A stretch of DNA of 64,000 bases from Stenotrophomonas sp. (GCF_036662295.1 NZ_JAVWXA010000002.1:23446-87445); one strand, 5' to 3'. Positions 37,933-48,842 are shown, counted from the first letter of the stretch. The notes: generated by a model not told the origin, from the sequence alone. Numbers and translations are program-made.

Positions 37933-38634
37933 ATGGACCGCGCGCAGTTCCTGCGCCTGATGCTGGGCAGTGCCGCCTTCGCCGCACTGCCCTCGCTGGC
38001 GCGCGCCCAGGCCGGACGCTACGATTTCTGGTTCACCCGCCTGAAGTACGACTCCGGCGACTGGGACGTGGATGCGCGCATGCCCTCGAACCTGATCACC
38101 TCGCTGATCGACTACACCACCCTGCGCGTGGACCCCACCGAGCATGTGATCGCCCTGTCCGACCCGCGCATGCTGGAGGCCCCGTTCTGCTACCTGGCCG
38201 GGCACACGCTGGTGGAGTTCAACGCCGCCGAGCGGCAGAACTTCGTGCGTTACGTGCGTAACGGGGGTTTCGTGTTCGTCGATGACTGCAACCACGACAT
38301 CGACGGCCTGTTCGCCACGTCGTTCGAGGCGCAGATGCGCGCCTTGTTCGGCCCGGCCGCGCTGAAGAAGCTGCCCAACGGCCACGCGCTGTACCGCAGC
38401 TTCTTCCGCTTCCCCGAGGGCCCGCCGGCCACCGGGTTCGAGCTCAATGGCTGGGGCGACGACCTGGTCCACGACTATCTCAAGGGCATCGAGGTGGACG
38501 GACGCCTCGGCGTGCTCTACAGCAACAAGGACTACGGCTGCGAGTGGGATTACGACTGGCGCAACAAGCGTTTCCTGGCCGAAGACAACACCAAGTTCGG
38601 CGTGAACATCGTGATGTATGCGTTGAACAACTGA
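37933..38634 (+). CDS. DUF4159 family protein with Tat-like leader
   Basis: MDRAQFL...ARA leader; RLKYDSGDW, GGFVFVDDC, YSNKDYGCEW, GVNIVMYAL. Confidence 0.8.
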   Translation: MDRAQFLRLMLGSAAFAALPSLARAQAGRYDFWFTRLKYDSGDWDVDARMPSNLITSLIDYTTLRVDPTEHVIALSDPRMLEAPFCYLAGHTLVEFNAAERQNFVRYVRNGGFVFVDDCNHDIDGLFATSFEAQMRALFGPAALKKLPNGHALYRSFFRFPEGPPATGFELNGWGDDLVHDYLKGIEVDGRLGVLYSNKDYGCEWDYDWRNKRFLAEDNTKFGVNIVMYALNN

Positions 38635-38696
38635 CGTTTGCCCTACCCCTGCAGCCACGCCGGTCGTGGCGTTTCCCCCGATGATGCGAGCGTGCC

Positions 38697-39680
<984 letters not shown>

Positions 39681-39687
39681 GCCAGAG

Positions 39688-40590
39688 GTGAGCCAGCACG
39701 CCCCCATCGCGATTCCGGCCGAGGTGCGCAGCCGCCTCAAGGCACTGCGCCTGGTGCCCCGGCAGGCGCGCGGCGCGCACGGCATCGGCCAGCACGCCAG
39801 CCGCAGCCGCGGTGCCGGGCTGGAGTTCGCCCAGTACCGCGCCTACGAGCCCGGCGATGCCCTGCGCCAGATCGACTGGAAGCTGTATGCCCGCTCGGAC
39901 CGCTTCTTCGTGCGCGAGTCCGAACGCGAAAGCCCGATCACCACCTGGGTGCTGCTGGATGCCAGCGCGTCGGCCGCCCAGGCCGACCGCGCCCGCCCGG
40001 ACTGGTCGCGGCTGGACCACGCCTGCGCCACCGCGGCCTGCGTGGTCGAGCTGGCGCTGCAGCAGGGCGACCGCTTCGGCGCGATCGTGGTCAATGGCCA
40101 CGGCGTGCAGGTGGTGCCGGCCGGCACCGGCCCGCGCCAGCGCGACCGCGTGCACCTGCTGCTGCGCGGCGTGCAGGCGCACGGCGGCTGGCCGCCGCTG
40201 GACGCCCTGCGCCCGGTCTGGGAGCGCGTGCAGGCCGGCCACCTGCTGGTGGCGCTCGGCGATGGCTTCGATGAGGCCAACACCGTGTTGCTGGAGCGGC
40301 TGGCCGCTGCCCGCCGCGAGGTGCTGCAGGTGCAGTTGCTCAGCGCCGAGGAGCGCGATTTTCCGTTCGCGCAGGGCCATCGCTTCGAAGACCCCGAAAC
40401 CGGTGAGGCCCTGCTCGGCGACGGGCGCGCGATCCGCGACGGCTACCTGGCCCGGTTCGACCAGGCCCAGCGCGCGTTGCAGGCGCGCCTGCAGGCCGCC
40501 GGCATCGCCCATGCGCTGGGTTACCTGGACCAGCCACTGGATACGCCACTGGGCGTGCTGTTCGGCACGGGCCGCCGCGCATGGGCATGA
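39688..40590 (+). CDS. DUF58 (VWA-like) MoxR partner
   Basis: EFAQYRAYEPGD..RQIDWK; MIDAS-like DASAS. Confidence 0.92.
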   Translation: MSQHAPIAIPAEVRSRLKALRLVPRQARGAHGIGQHASRSRGAGLEFAQYRAYEPGDALRQIDWKLYARSDRFFVRESERESPITTWVLLDASASAAQADRARPDWSRLDHACATAACVVELALQQGDRFGAIVVNGHGVQVVPAGTGPRQRDRVHLLLRGVQAHGGWPPLDALRPVWERVQAGHLLVALGDGFDEANTVLLERLAAARREVLQVQLLSAEERDFPFAQGHRFEDPETGEALLGDGRAIRDGYLARFDQAQRALQARLQAAGIAHALGYLDQPLDTPLGVLFGTGRRAWA

Positions 40591-41711
40591 CGCTGCTGTT
40601 TCCGCTGGGCCTGCTGGCGCTGGCCGCGTGGTTGATTCCGCTGCTGGTGCACCTGGCCCGCCGCCAGCAGCTGGCACCGCTGCCGTTTGCGGCGCTGCGC
40701 TGGCTGCGGGCGCAGGCACGCCCGCGCCAACGCATCCGCCTGGACGAATGGCCGCTGCTGGTGGTGCGGCTGTTGCTGCTGGCGGCCCTGGCCCTGCTGC
40801 TGGCGCGCCCGGTGTTGCTCGGCGGCGATGGCGCTGCCCGCCCGGTGGTGGCGGTGGCCCCCGGCCTGCCACTGGACGCCGTGGGCGTGCTGCCGCGCGA
40901 TGCCGATGCGCGCTGGCTGGCCCCGGGCTTTGCCGCCCTCGATACGCCGGCGCCTGCCGCCGCGCAACCGTTGTCCAGCCTGCTGCGTGAGCTGGACCAG
41001 CAGCTGCCGGCCGGCGCGCCGCTGACCGTCTACCTGCCCGACCCGATGACCGGCGCCGACGGCGAGCGCCCGCGCCTGTCGCGCCCGGTGCAGTGGCGAC
41101 CGCTGGCACGCGAGGCCACGGCGCCGCCCGCGCCCGCATCCCGCGCGCCCCGGCTGCACCTCGGCGCACCGGTCGATGCGCCGGCGCTGCGCGTGCTCAA
41201 CGCCGTCCAGCAGGCCTGGCGTGGCCAGCCGCTGCCGCCGCCCGATGCCCGCGTGCCGGCCGAGGGGCAGATCGGGGTCTGGCTGTCGCCGGCACCGTTG
41301 CCGCCCCGCTGGCAGGCGTGGCTGCAGGCGGGCGGCACGCTGCTAGCCGCCCCCGGCGCCGACGCCGACGCGCGCGAGGCGGTCGTGGTCCTGCGCGACG
41401 CGCAAGGCCTGCCAGTGCTGCGCGAGCAGCGGGTCGGCCAGGGTCGGCTGCTGCGCTTCAGCGCGGCCCTGTCGCCGGCGCGGCTGCCGATCCTGCAGGA
41501 CGCCGATTTCCCGCGCCGGCTTGCCGCCTGCGTGCAACCGGTGGCCGCGCCGCAGTGGGTCGCCGCCGGCGTCCATGCACCGTTGACCGGCGCACGCGCA
41601 CCCGCGCCGCCACCACGCCCGCTTGCACCGTGGCTGCTGGTGCTGATCGTGCTGCTGTTCGCGCTGGAGCGCTGGCTGGCCACCGCCGCGCGCCGGGCAG
41701 GCAGCGCATGA
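40587..41711 (+). CDS. BatA-domain membrane protein
   Basis: LLFPLGLLAL...PLLVHL...PFAALRWL N-terminal double-TM motif; C-terminal TM with LERWL; ATGA overlap. Confidence 0.85.
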   Translation: MTLLFPLGLLALAAWLIPLLVHLARRQQLAPLPFAALRWLRAQARPRQRIRLDEWPLLVVRLLLLAALALLLARPVLLGGDGAARPVVAVAPGLPLDAVGVLPRDADARWLAPGFAALDTPAPAAAQPLSSLLRELDQQLPAGAPLTVYLPDPMTGADGERPRLSRPVQWRPLAREATAPPAPASRAPRLHLGAPVDAPALRVLNAVQQAWRGQPLPPPDARVPAEGQIGVWLSPAPLPPRWQAWLQAGGTLLAAPGADADAREAVVVLRDAQGLPVLREQRVGQGRLLRFSAALSPARLPILQDADFPRRLAACVQPVAAPQWVAAGVHAPLTGARAPAPPPRPLAPWLLVLIVLLFALERWLATAARRAGSA

Positions 41712-43864
41712 GCAACGCCGTGCACCGGGGCTGGCAGCGGGCGCGTCGCCGCGTCGTCGCGGCGACCTTGCTGGTGGCCGTTCCGCCCTGCCTCGCCGCC
41801 ACGGCCGTGGCCCTGCGCGTGGGCGGTTTCGACATCGCCACGGTGGTGCTGAGCGCCACCTTGCTGGCCACCGCCGCGCTCGCCACCTGGCGTGGCCGGC
41901 GCCTGGACCGGCACTGGCTGGTCCGGCAGCTGGACACCCACCCGGTGGCGCAGGACAGCGCGGACCTGCTGTTCGTCGGTGCCGCCACGCTCAACCCGTT
42001 GCAGCAGCGCCAGCAGGCCCGGGTGGAGGCCGCACTGCAGGCGCGCATGCCCGACCTGCGCCCGCGTTGGCCGCGCCGCGCGCTTGGCCTGGCCTGGGTG
42101 CTGGCGCTGGCCGTGACCGCGCTGGCGCTGGGCTGGCCGCGCGATCGCAGCCGCCCGGCCGGGCCGTCGCCGGCGGGTCCCGCCGCCGCCCACCCGGCGG
42201 CCCCGCCGCGCCTGCAGGCCACGCGCCTGGCCATCCGCGCACCGGCCTACACCGGCCAGCCCGAGCGCGTGCAGCACGGCCTGGACGCACGGCTTGCACA
42301 GGGCAGCCAGCTGCACTGGTCGCTGCACTTCAGCACCCCACCGCGCCAGGCCACCCTGCAGTTCCATGATGGTCGCCGCATCGCCCTGCAGCAGGACGGA
42401 CAGGCGTGGAGCGCGCGTGCCGTGATCGAACGCGCGGCCGTGTACCGCGTGGTCACCGAGCCGGCACTGCGCGACCCGCGTCTGTACCGCCTGGACGTGG
42501 TGCCCGACCAGCCGCCGAGCGTGCGCGTGCTGGTGCCGGACCGCACGCTGGTGCTGGCCACGCCCGGGCAGCGGCAGTGGGCGCTGCAGTTCGAGGCCAG
42601 CGACGACCACGGCGTGCAGGCGCAGGCGCAGCTGAAGATCACCCTGGCCCAGGGCAGCGGCGAGAACATCACCTTCCGCGAGCAGACCCTCACCCTGGCC
42701 GGCAGCGGCACGCCCACGCGCCGCCGCTTCGCGCACACCCTGGACCTGGCCGCGCTCGGTGCGCAGCCCGGCAACGATGTGATCGTGCAACTGCAGGTGC
42801 GCGACACCCACGCGCCCACGCCCCAGACCGCGCGCAGCAGCAGCGTGATCCTGCGCCTGCCCAGCCTCGAGCAGGTGCAGGGCGCCGCGCTGGAGGGCAT
42901 GGTCAAGAAGACGCTGCCGGCCTACTTCCGCAGCCAGCGCCAGATCATCATCGATGCCGAGGCACTGATCCGGCTGCGTCGGCAGTTGCCGCCGGACACG
43001 TTCACCCAGCGCGCCGATGCGATCGGCGTGGACCAGCGCATCCTGCGCCTGCGCTACGGCCAGTTCCTGGGCGAGGAAAGCGAGGGCGCGCCCAGGCCGC
43101 CGCCCACCGACGCCCCTTTGCCCACGTCCGACACCCCGGTCCCGCGCGACGACGGCCATGACCACGCGCCCGCCGCCACCTCGGCCGGCCATGACGACCA
43201 CGACCATGGCACGCCCGCCACCGACGGTGCGCCGGTCTTCGGCAGCGCCACCGACGTGCTGTCCGAGTACGGCCATACCCACGACCATGCCGAGGCGGCG
43301 ACGCTGCTCGACCCGCAGACCCGCGCCACGCTCAAGGCCGCGCTCGACCAGATGTGGTCCTCCGAAGGCGAGCTGCGCCAGGGCCGGCCCGAGGCCGCCC
43401 TGCCCTATGCGAACAAGGCGCTGGCCTTCATCAAACAGGTCCAGCAGGCCGAGCGCATCTACCTGGCGCGGGTCGGCCCGGAGCTGCCGCCGATCGACGA
43501 GAACCGCCGGATGGGCGGCGACCGCACCGACCTGGGCAGCCGCACCCTGGCGCTCGCGCCATTGCCCGCGCCGGACCCGGCCATCGTGGCGGTGTGGCAG
43601 CAGCTGGGCACCGGCGGCGATACGCCAGACCTGGATGCGTTGGGCACGTGGCTGGACCGTCACCAGGCGCGCCTGGCCGATCCGCTCAGCCTGGCCGCGA
43701 CCGTGGAAGCGCTGCGCATGGACCCGACCTGCAGCGACTGCCGGCAGGCATTGCGCGCGCAGTTGTGGCGCGCGTTGCAGCGCCCGCTGCCGCAGGTGAC
43801 CCGACGCGCCGCCCCGGACCGCATGGGCCAGGCCTACCTGGATGCACTGGAGGGGCGCCCGTGA
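41708..43864 (+). CDS. DUF4175-like membrane protein with His/Asp-rich loop
   Basis: Three N-terminal TM helices, PDQPPSV, FEASDDHGV, FRSQRQIIID; ATGA overlap. Confidence 0.7.
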   Translation: MSNAVHRGWQRARRRVVAATLLVAVPPCLAATAVALRVGGFDIATVVLSATLLATAALATWRGRRLDRHWLVRQLDTHPVAQDSADLLFVGAATLNPLQQRQQARVEAALQARMPDLRPRWPRRALGLAWVLALAVTALALGWPRDRSRPAGPSPAGPAAAHPAAPPRLQATRLAIRAPAYTGQPERVQHGLDARLAQGSQLHWSLHFSTPPRQATLQFHDGRRIALQQDGQAWSARAVIERAAVYRVVTEPALRDPRLYRLDVVPDQPPSVRVLVPDRTLVLATPGQRQWALQFEASDDHGVQAQAQLKITLAQGSGENITFREQTLTLAGSGTPTRRRFAHTLDLAALGAQPGNDVIVQLQVRDTHAPTPQTARSSSVILRLPSLEQVQGAALEGMVKKTLPAYFRSQRQIIIDAEALIRLRRQLPPDTFTQRADAIGVDQRILRLRYGQFLGEESEGAPRPPPTDAPLPTSDTPVPRDDGHDHAPAATSAGHDDHDHGTPATDGAPVFGSATDVLSEYGHTHDHAEAATLLDPQTRATLKAALDQMWSSEGELRQGRPEAALPYANKALAFIKQVQQAERIYLARVGPELPPIDENRRMGGDRTDLGSRTLALAPLPAPDPAIVAVWQQLGTGGDTPDLDALGTWLDRHQARLADPLSLAATVEALRMDPTCSDCRQALRAQLWRALQRPLPQVTRRAAPDRMGQAYLDALEGRP

Positions 43865-45693
43865 CCGCCCACCTTGCCCTTGCCCTGGCGCTGCTGGCCA
43901 TCGTGCTGGTCGGCAGCGCGCGCCTGTGCTGGCCGCGTGGCGCGGCTGCGCGTGGCGGCGTAACGATGGCGCTGCTGCTGGTGCTGCAACTGGCCAGCGC
44001 CACGCTGCTTTACTTCACCCTGCTGCCGCCGCACGTGCCGGTGGCAGCCGGCGAACTGACCGTACTCACCGCCGCGGCCGATGCCGCGCGCCACGCACCG
44101 TCGCCGGCGGCGAATACGATCGCGTTGCCCGAGGCCACCGCCGCGGCCGGCATCGCCACCGCCCCGGACCTGGCCACGGCGCTGCGCCAGCACCCCGGCA
44201 CGCGATCCCTGCAGGTGGTGGGCGATGGCCTGCCCGCCCGCGATCGCGACACCGCGCTGCCCGCAGAGGTGCGCTGGCAGCCGTCCGCGCCGCCACGCGG
44301 TTGGGTCGCGCTGACGCCGCCGGCCCCCACCGCACCGGGCAGCAGCTTCGCGGTGCAGGCACGCGCGCAGGGCGTGGCCAACGGCAGCGCCGAACTGCTC
44401 GATCCCGCCGGCCAGGTGGTGGACCGCCGCCCGCTTGCCGCCGATGGCAACGTGCAGCTGGAGGGCGTTGCCCGGGCCAGCGGCCGCAGCGTCTTCCAGG
44501 TGCGGCTGCTCGATGCCGGCCGCCACGCCGTGGACACCTCGCCCGTGCCGCTGCAGACGCTGGAACAGCCGGCGCCGCGCGTGCTGATCCTCGGCGGCGC
44601 GCCGGGGCCGGAGCTGAAGTACCTGCGCCGCTGGGCCGCCGATACCGGGCTGGCCGTGCATGCCCAGGCCAGCGCCGGTGGCGGGGTGTCGCTGGGCGAT
44701 GCGCCGCTGGCGCTCACTGCGGCCTCCCTGGCCGCCACCGACGTGCTGATCCTGGACGAACGCAGCCTGGCCGGCCTCGGCGCGGCCCAGCGCGGCCTGG
44801 TCCAGCAGGCGCTGCACGATGGCCTGGGCGTGGTGGTGCGCAGCACCGGCCCGCTCGGCGAAGGCGCGCGGCAGGCCCTGCAACGCTGGGGCCTGGCGGC
44901 CAGCGGCACGTCCTCGACCACGCCGCTGCGCTTGCCGGCCGATCCCGACCCGGCGCTGCTGCAGGCACGCCGCGGCCCCTCGCGCGCGGCCGTGCCGCCG
45001 ACCGCGGCGATCGATGCGGCCGACCGCGCCTCGCACGCGGCGGACGTGCCGGTGCTGGCGCAGTTCGCACTGCGCGCCGCCGACACGACGCCACTGCTGC
45101 ACGACGCGGCCGGGCAGGCGGTCGGTGGCTGGCGCCGCGTCGGCCGCGGCCGCCTGGCCCTGCTGCCGGTCACCGACAGTTACCGCCTGGTGCTGGCCGG
45201 GCGCGAGGATCGCCACGCCGAACTGTGGAGCGCGGTGCTCGCCCACCTGGCCCGGCCCGTGCCGGCCGCACCGGCCGCGCGCCTGGACACGGCCACGCCG
45301 TGGGCAGGCGAACGCGTCGCGCTGTGCGGTGTGGCCGAAGGCGCGCAGGTGGACGACGCAGCCGGCGCGGCGGTGCCGCTGCGCATCGATCCGGCCACCG
45401 GCAGCGCGGCCTGCGCGGCCTACTGGCCGGCGCAGGCCGGCTGGCACCAGTTGCGGCAAGGCACGCAGACCCAGGCGTTCTACGTGTACGCGCCCGACCA
45501 GGCGCGGGCGATGCATCGCCAGCAGCTGCGCGAGGCGATGGCGCAGCAGGCGCTCGAGGGGGCCGGCACCGCGCAGGCCCGCGAGGCCAGCCGGCCCGGT
45601 CCGCGCTGGCCGTGGTGGCTGGCCTTCCTGGGCGTGGCCGGGTTGCTGTGGTGGCTGGAGCGCCGGCGCCCGCCCGTGCGGCCCGCGCCATGA
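43861..45693 (+). CDS. Membrane protein with Ig-like and GATase1-like domains (last gene of the Tld/MoxR operon)
   Basis: GTGA overlap; two N-terminal TM; RVLILGGAPGPELKYLRRW; C-terminal TM ending WWLERR. Confidence 0.65.
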   Translation: MTAHLALALALLAIVLVGSARLCWPRGAAARGGVTMALLLVLQLASATLLYFTLLPPHVPVAAGELTVLTAAADAARHAPSPAANTIALPEATAAAGIATAPDLATALRQHPGTRSLQVVGDGLPARDRDTALPAEVRWQPSAPPRGWVALTPPAPTAPGSSFAVQARAQGVANGSAELLDPAGQVVDRRPLAADGNVQLEGVARASGRSVFQVRLLDAGRHAVDTSPVPLQTLEQPAPRVLILGGAPGPELKYLRRWAADTGLAVHAQASAGGGVSLGDAPLALTAASLAATDVLILDERSLAGLGAAQRGLVQQALHDGLGVVVRSTGPLGEGARQALQRWGLAASGTSSTTPLRLPADPDPALLQARRGPSRAAVPPTAAIDAADRASHAADVPVLAQFALRAADTTPLLHDAAGQAVGGWRRVGRGRLALLPVTDSYRLVLAGREDRHAELWSAVLAHLARPVPAAPAARLDTATPWAGERVALCGVAEGAQVDDAAGAAVPLRIDPATGSAACAAYWPAQAGWHQLRQGTQTQAFYVYAPDQARAMHRQQLREAMAQQALEGAGTAQAREASRPGPRWPWWLAFLGVAGLLWWLERRRPPVRPAP

Positions 45694-45708
45694 CCGCGGC
45701 GGCGCGGC

Positions 45709-46395
45709 TCAGCGCGCGGCGGGGTCGCGCCCGTACACGCCGTTGAAACGCACGTTCATGCCGCCGCATTGGCTGTTGTCCGAGACCACCAGGTAGTCGC
45801 CCAACCACTGCGCCTTCAGTTCGCAGGCCGCGTCATCGCTGTCCTTGAAATGCACGATCGCCCCGCTCGGGCGCGCGATCGCATCGATCTGCCCCAGGTT
45901 GGGCCCGTACGGGCGCTGCGGGGTGGGCCTGGCCGAGGGCCAGTAGGCCTCGCCGGTCACCGCGAGCTGGCCGTCCTGCACGCGCAGCAGCAACGTGTCA
46001 TCGCCATTGCGCCACTGCCCGGCCCACGCCTGCAGCGCCGGCGCACGCGCGACCGGCAACGGCTGCAGCCGCTGCGCCTCCACCCACCCGGCGCTGCCAC
46101 CGCCCTTGTTGGGATAGAAGGCGCACCGATAGCCCGCCTGCGCATAGCCGGTCAGCACCGTGTCGCCGCCCACCACATAGCTGCGCTGGCGGCACGCCGG
46201 CTCTCCTTTTGCGGGGCAGCCCTCGCTGTCGGCCAGCAGGTACAGGCGCGGGGTGCCGGTGACCTTGGCCAGCGCGAAATCGCCCTGCTCGGTCGGAAAA
46301 CCGCCGTTGCGACAGCTGCGCGGATCCTGCGCGGCCTGCGCCGAGGCGGTGTCGCACAGGCTGGCCAGCGCCAGCAGGAAAAGGAAACGCATCAT
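45709..46395 (-). CDS. Exported hypothetical protein (SH3b-like N-half, six Cys)
   Basis: Signal peptide; YRCAFY...GWV; C-terminal LVVSDNSQCGGMNVRFNGVY. Confidence 0.65.
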   Translation of the reverse strand: MMRFLFLLALASLCDTASAQAAQDPRSCRNGGFPTEQGDFALAKVTGTPRLYLLADSEGCPAKGEPACRQRSYVVGGDTVLTGYAQAGYRCAFYPNKGGGSAGWVEAQRLQPLPVARAPALQAWAGQWRNGDDTLLLRVQDGQLAVTGEAYWPSARPTPQRPYGPNLGQIDAIARPSGAIVHFKDSDDAACELKAQWLGDYLVVSDNSQCGGMNVRFNGVYGRDPAAR

Positions 46396-46497
46396 GCGCG
46401 GCCGTACTCCGTGGATGTGGGATGACGGTGGCGCCACGCACAGGGTCGGGGTCATCACCGGGCGGCCTATACTGCCGCTTTCCAGGGAGGATCGCGC

Positions 46498-46797
46498 ATG
46501 TCGCGTGTCGTATCGGGCGTCACCCTCGCGCTGTTGTCCGGCGCCTCGCTGCTGTACAGCGGCAGCGCAACGGCCGTCAGCGGCCCCAGCAACCTCAGCG
46601 CCAGCCGCTATCCCGAGCCGCGTTGCCAACCGCCGCGCCGGAGTTCGGGCAGCAGCGCGTCCGAGTTGAGCCGCTACCAGAACGAGGTCAAGGAGCATTT
46701 CCGCTGCGTTGAGAAGTACGTCGAGGCCGGCAACAACGACATCAAGCGCATCCAGGAATCGATGGACAACGCGGTCCGCGGCGCGAAGCGTTACTGA
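46498..46797 (+). CDS. Small exported hypothetical protein
   Basis: 99 aa; RBS GGGAGG; signal peptide; two Cys and an amphipathic helix. Confidence 0.65.
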   Translation: MSRVVSGVTLALLSGASLLYSGSATAVSGPSNLSASRYPEPRCQPPRRSSGSSASELSRYQNEVKEHFRCVEKYVEAGNNDIKRIQESMDNAVRGAKRY

Positions 46798-46818
46798 ACC
46801 CCGCGCCGGGCGGCGGCC

Positions 46819-47349
46819 TCAATCCTGCGGCAGTGCGGCGCAGTCGTCCGCGCCGCCGCAGTACTTCAAGGCGCGGCGTCGCTGCTCCTCGGTCAGCGAC
46901 GGCGGCGGCCGGGCGACCGCCGACTGGATCTGGTCCGGCCCGCCGGTCAGCCGATGCAGGCCCTGCGCGGCTTTGCCCAGCCCGTAGTTGATGCCCATCA
47001 TCAGGTAGCCGCCGCTCATGCCTACCTGCTGGGGGCTGGGCGGCTCGCTCCAGGACTTGCTGAAGCGGTTGGATTCGGCCTTTACCGGGCTGCGGAAGCG
47101 ATACAGGTCCAGCGGCACGTCGTCCTCGGGCTTGAGCGCGCGTACTTCGCCCAACGTGGTCACGTCGCCCTGCGCGGGAGCTGGGACAGCGGGCGGGTCA
47201 TTCGCACCCGGCGGCGCAGCAGACGCCGTTGTCGGCTCCGGTGCGGCTGCGGGAACGGCCACCGGCGCTACCTGTTGCGCCTGCGCGATGCCCGCCAGCA
47301 GCATGCCGGCTAGAAGTGCTCCCTGCGTTGCACGTACTGCCACCGCCAT
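46819..47349 (-). CDS. Exported hypothetical protein
   Basis: Signal peptide ending AQA, Pro/Ala linker, C-terminal CGGADDC; start uncertain. Confidence 0.6.
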   Translation of the reverse strand: MAVAVRATQGALLAGMLLAGIAQAQQVAPVAVPAAAPEPTTASAAPPGANDPPAVPAPAQGDVTTLGEVRALKPEDDVPLDLYRFRSPVKAESNRFSKSWSEPPSPQQVGMSGGYLMMGINYGLGKAAQGLHRLTGGPDQIQSAVARPPPSLTEEQRRRALKYCGGADDCAALPQD

Positions 47350-47519
47350 CCGCCCTTGCCTGTTGCGTCCAGTTGTCGAGGATACGGATACGGGCTTCAG
47401 ATTTCGTTGGGGCTGTGCAGCCGTTCAGCGGGTGTCCGCCGCGATCCGCAACAAGTTTCATTGCCCGGCCTCCGTAACCGCTTGAAACTGCTCGCCCTCG
47501 TTGCATGTGGGTCGATCCG

Positions 47520-48749
47520 ATGTCGCCGTTTGCCGTCCTGATCCTGATCGCCGTGCCGATCGTGCTCGTGCTCGGCTACCTCCATTGGCGGTCGGTGCGG
47601 AACCAGGCCCTGCACGCACTGCGCAGTGGCGCTCCGCTACGCCGGCTCAGTGAAGCGGAACTCGCCGCGTTCGCCCCGATTCGGGCCATCACCGGTGCCG
47701 TGCATGATGACCACGTGCGGCGCCTATCCGGGGCGCTCGATCCCGGCTCGGCCGCAGCCATCGGCGATTGGCCACTGCATCGGATCCTGCTGGCGGGCGT
47801 GGAGGCCGTCCTTCCTTTCGACGGCTGGCGCCATCTGGCCACGGACAACCATGCCGACGTCGTCATGGCGGGCGATGTTGCCTGGGTGGTGCGCTTGAAC
47901 GGCTTCCACATCGTCGGCGCACAGGGGCGCTGCGAACGACACCACGCCCGCGGAGAGGCTGCTCTCGAACCCGCACAGACGTCCCCGCGCCGTCCGCGTG
48001 CATGTGCCCTGGCCGCCAGCCAGCCCGGCGGCGACCGCCTGGAAAGCACAGCCGAAGTCGCGCTGCGGCGCAGTGCCGGGCTGCGTTGGGGCGGTCTGAT
48101 GGTCGCGCTGGTGGCCCTGTGGTCGCTTTTTCTCCGGCCCGATACCGTATCGACGGGGGAGTGGCTGGTCCTCAACAGCCCCGCCATCATCGCCGGAGGA
48201 ATCGGCGCGTTGGGGGTCATCCCACGCGGTCGGGGTCCAGCAATACCACTGCGGGTCATCCAGATCTCAGGGGTGCTGTGCCGGCTGCACCTGCACCCCC
48301 GCTGCGATGGCATATGGCTCATCGGCACTGACCGTCAGGTGGTCGTTCCACCGGAGTGGGCGCACTCCGGGCGTTTCGACGTTCGGCCCCAACTCACACT
48401 GGAGGTGCGCGAAACCGACGGGGCCGTCCTGGCAGCAGGCCCGCACTGGTCCCTGGCCGAAGACCGGCACGCGTTTCCGTTGAGCGGAATCGGGGCCTCC
48501 CTGGCCTGGGTGGCGTTGCTGCTGGGGGTGCTGGCAACGAGCGCGGTTCCGTTCCCTGGCATCGAAGGAATCGCCGCCTCACTGGCACGGCTGCACCTGC
48601 CCAGCGTGGCCGGCGCGCTCTGGTGGCCCGTAATCACGGCAGCGCTGGTGTGGCAGTGCCTCCACGTTGCGCGCAAGGCGTGGCAGGTTGTCCGTCGTGA
48701 TGCTGCACGTCGTATCACGTTCGAGGGCCGCCCTGCCCCGGGGCACTGA
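47520..48749 (+). CDS. IgaA/UmoB-like inner membrane protein lacking the periplasmic domain
   Basis: Colinear motifs with E. coli IgaA as recalled (RRLSEAE; VEAVLP..N..VVRLNG; VPPEW; WSLAEDRHAFPL); alternative start 47505. Confidence 0.7.
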   Translation: MSPFAVLILIAVPIVLVLGYLHWRSVRNQALHALRSGAPLRRLSEAELAAFAPIRAITGAVHDDHVRRLSGALDPGSAAAIGDWPLHRILLAGVEAVLPFDGWRHLATDNHADVVMAGDVAWVVRLNGFHIVGAQGRCERHHARGEAALEPAQTSPRRPRACALAASQPGGDRLESTAEVALRRSAGLRWGGLMVALVALWSLFLRPDTVSTGEWLVLNSPAIIAGGIGALGVIPRGRGPAIPLRVIQISGVLCRLHLHPRCDGIWLIGTDRQVVVPPEWAHSGRFDVRPQLTLEVRETDGAVLAAGPHWSLAEDRHAFPLSGIGASLAWVALLLGVLATSAVPFPGIEGIAASLARLHLPSVAGALWWPVITAALVWQCLHVARKAWQVVRRDAARRITFEGRPAPGH

Positions 48750-48842
48750 ACGGTTCACGGCCTGCGGCCGCCATATCTCACACTCTGAGACGCGTCTGTG
48801 GTGCCATGTGACCCCTCGCAATACGTCCCGGTTCTACTTCTC

